A DNA stretch of 64,000 bases, taken from Sumerlaeia bacterium (GTDB lineage Bacteria > Sumerlaeota > Sumerlaeia > SLMS01 > JAHLLQ01). The stretch covers positions 64,001 through 128,000 of the forward strand of contig JAVJSW010000004.1 of the NCBI GenBank assembly GCA_040219255.1, in the 5' to 3' direction. This document shows, in pieces, positions 62,057 to 64,000 of the stretch (the first letter of the stretch is position 1; the number at the start of each line of letters is the position of its first letter). A model generated the notes under the pieces. It did no database searches. It was not told the origin of the DNA and saw only the letters and a list, made by a program, of their open reading frames with translations. Both the position numbers and the translations under genes were made by a program.

Positions 62057-63616
62057 ATGCGTCACCGAAAATCCCGGACCCTTCATTTCCGATCAGCGAA
62101 GTCGAAAATCCGCAGCGGGTTCTTCATCGCTCTGCTTGGCTTCATTTGCCTGTCGCCACCCGCCTTCCCCGCCATGGCGCAGGACCCGCCCGATTGGGTG
62201 GTGGACGACTTCGCCGATGGGGATCTCACCTCGAATCTAGATTGGACCTGGCAAACGTTCGCGACGGGAAACCGGGACGCGATCGGGTTGGCCGTGTCTT
62301 TCGATGGGACGCGTGGCAACCGGCTGACGGCCCGCGGTACCATCCCTGGCGACGGCCATGGATTTGGCTATGCCGGTCTGCTGCTGTCGGCTCCGGGAGT
62401 GGGCAAGGAGGGGTTGGAGCACCTGGTGGCTTCGGACATCAAGGACTTCGATGGGGCCTATGGGCTCGCCTTCTGGGCGGCGTCGAACAAGCCGGACTAC
62501 TACGCCGTCCGGATCGAGCAGCGAGGCCTGGGACCAAACTCGACCAACGTGGTGTTTCCCGTGACCGAGGAGATGCAGGAGTATCTGGTGCCGCTGAGGA
62601 AATTCACGAGCGGGGTCTCGGCGAGCACGGGACTGGCCTTTGTGCGGATGATCGAAGCGCCAGGCGATCACTTCCACCTGGAGCTGAAGGATGTCCGGAT
62701 TGTGCGGGTGCCGCCGGCGGATCGGGCGCCACGGCTCGACATGGTGGCGGACTGGTCGCCCTCTCCGGAGATCGGCCTGCAAAACGCCCGGTTCCACAGC
62801 AAGCCGATGCTCCTCTACTTTTCGAGCGAATTCGCCAAGCCCTGCCAAGCCTTCGAGAACGAGCTGGTGCGGGAGAAGGCTTTCCCGGAACTGGCCGGCG
62901 CGTTCGTTCTCGCCAAGCTCGATGTGAACGATTACCAGACGCTGACCCGCCGCTGCGATATCTGGAAGGTGCCCGCCTTCGTCGCTCTCGAACCCGCCTC
63001 GGGAAGTATGACGACGCTTTACGCGGGCGTCGAGACGCAGGAGTTGGCGGAGGTCATGCGCTCGTACCTGACCAGCCGGCCGGAGACGGAAACCCCGGCC
63101 CAGCAGGCCACACCCGCCGCCAAGTACCAGATTGTTGAGATCGACCGCTTCTCGGACCGTAACACGCTGAACGAACTGGGCGGCACGTGGGGGGCGTTTT
63201 CCGCCGGGGATCGAGGCGATATCGCCTACCGCTTCACGGATCTTGGCAGTGGCAATCTGGCTCTGGAGGTTCGCGGAATCTATCCGGCGGGCCAGGGCGG
63301 GACCTATGGCGGCGTTTACTGCGATGTGACACCTGATCGGCAAAGCCCTCGCAACCTGGCTGCTTGCCGTTGGATTTCCTTCGTTTGCCGGTCGGCGGAA
63401 GCCGGTTTCTATCAGTTGCACCTGGAGAATGAACGGGGCGAGTCCTCGCAGCCGGTGCGGTTCCGCGCCGAAACCAAACCGGCGCGGATCACTCTGCCAG
63501 TGGAGGGATTCGGGAGCATCGCCGAAACGGTCTCGACGATGGTCTGGACGCGCCCCAACCCGGTGGCGGGCGAGGAGTTCCACCTGGTGCTCGACGACGT
63601 GATCGCCATTCGGTGA
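62057..63616 (+). CDS. Exported CIA30/CBM11-like + thioredoxin-like + CIA30/CBM11-like protein
   Basis: Signal peptide; VVDDFADG..EYLVPLRKF; KPMLLYFSSEFAKPC..F..D..VP (AxxC); IDRFSD.N.LN.LGG.W..LDDV. Confidence 0.75.
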   Translation: MRHRKSRTLHFRSAKSKIRSGFFIALLGFICLSPPAFPAMAQDPPDWVVDDFADGDLTSNLDWTWQTFATGNRDAIGLAVSFDGTRGNRLTARGTIPGDGHGFGYAGLLLSAPGVGKEGLEHLVASDIKDFDGAYGLAFWAASNKPDYYAVRIEQRGLGPNSTNVVFPVTEEMQEYLVPLRKFTSGVSASTGLAFVRMIEAPGDHFHLELKDVRIVRVPPADRAPRLDMVADWSPSPEIGLQNARFHSKPMLLYFSSEFAKPCQAFENELVREKAFPELAGAFVLAKLDVNDYQTLTRRCDIWKVPAFVALEPASGSMTTLYAGVETQELAEVMRSYLTSRPETETPAQQATPAAKYQIVEIDRFSDRNTLNELGGTWGAFSAGDRGDIAYRFTDLGSGNLALEVRGIYPAGQGGTYGGVYCDVTPDRQSPRNLAACRWISFVCRSAEAGFYQLHLENERGESSQPVRFRAETKPARITLPVEGFGSIAETVSTMVWTRPNPVAGEEFHLVLDDVIAIR

Positions 63617-63641
63617 CCCGCCGTGAAGGAAAACAACAAAG

Positions 63642-63680
63642 GGCTGGCCGGCCAGGAATCGCTTTCCTGGCCGGCCGGTT
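63642..63680. terminator. Bidirectional hairpin between convergent genes
   Basis: GGCTGGCCGGCCAGGA-ATCGCTT-TCCTGGCCGGCCGGTT with an A-rich left flank. Confidence 0.65.
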
Positions 63681-63723
63681 CGTCTTCAAGAGTGGGAATT
63701 GACTTCGAGAGAGGGCGGGCTTC

Positions 63724-64000
63724 TCAGCCCAGGCGAACGTCGATCCGCCGGAAGAGTCCCTTGCGGACGCCGCGGGCGATATCTCCGCGGATGGCATCGG
63801 GCGCATAGGTCACGCCATCGAGGGAGTAGCTCCGCACCGAAACGCCGTCTGGCCCCCAAGTGTTTTTCATTTCCGGGTTGTGGTAAATCACGAGAGTCTT
63901 CCCGAAGGCCACGCAGACGAGGACGTTTCCGTGCAGGAAATCTTTGGCCCCTTGCCAGGCGATCGTTGCCGGCTCGGAGGAGAACCAGCGGGCAGGAAGA
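63724..64000 (-). CDS. C-terminal end of a probable glycoside phosphorylase (GH161/cellobiose-phosphorylase-like), truncated by window edge
   Basis: Open to the window end: LPARWF...FGKTLVIYHNPEMKNTWG..Y.L..I.G..A..VR.G..RIDVRL. Family recalled from C-terminal similarity only. Confidence 0.45.
   Translation of the reverse strand, partial: LPARWFSSEPATIAWQGAKDFLHGNVLVCVAFGKTLVIYHNPEMKNTWGPDGVSVRSYSLDGVTYAPDAIRGDIARGVRKGLFRRIDVRLG

Overview
High-GC bacterial chromosomal window, densely coding. It is mostly housekeeping genes: ychF, cinA, glgC, mscL, murA, recO, hemL/hemA, TatD, metG, tkt, an mlaF/mlaD-like pair, smpB, a hicBA toxin-antitoxin pair, tandem ferredoxins and glycosyltransferases. 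I found no rRNA, tRNA, CRISPR array or transposase. The GspG-like prepilin type and the large secreted proteins suggest Candidatus Sumerlaeota (BRC1) or a relative; this is inference from recall and was not tested. Main observations: (1) Three unrelated signal-peptide proteins and one orphan gene relic end in the same short Trp-centred tail ([42 protein letters not shown]), a candidate C-terminal sorting or anchoring signal. (2) A 12-kb minus-strand operon couples a pseudopilin to secreted proteins built on apparently inactive protease folds: a matrixin fold lacking all Zn ligands and a subtilase-like fold with degenerate motifs. (3) A 2632-aa repeat protein carries an internal low-GC segment. 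(4) Several relics and oddities are not in the ORF track: a GH1 beta-glucosidase pseudogene, a gene split by an in-frame TAG, MetRS fused to a YegP-like domain, and TatD fused to a Cys-less radical-SAM vestige. All family assignments come from motif recognition by eye, not database searches.
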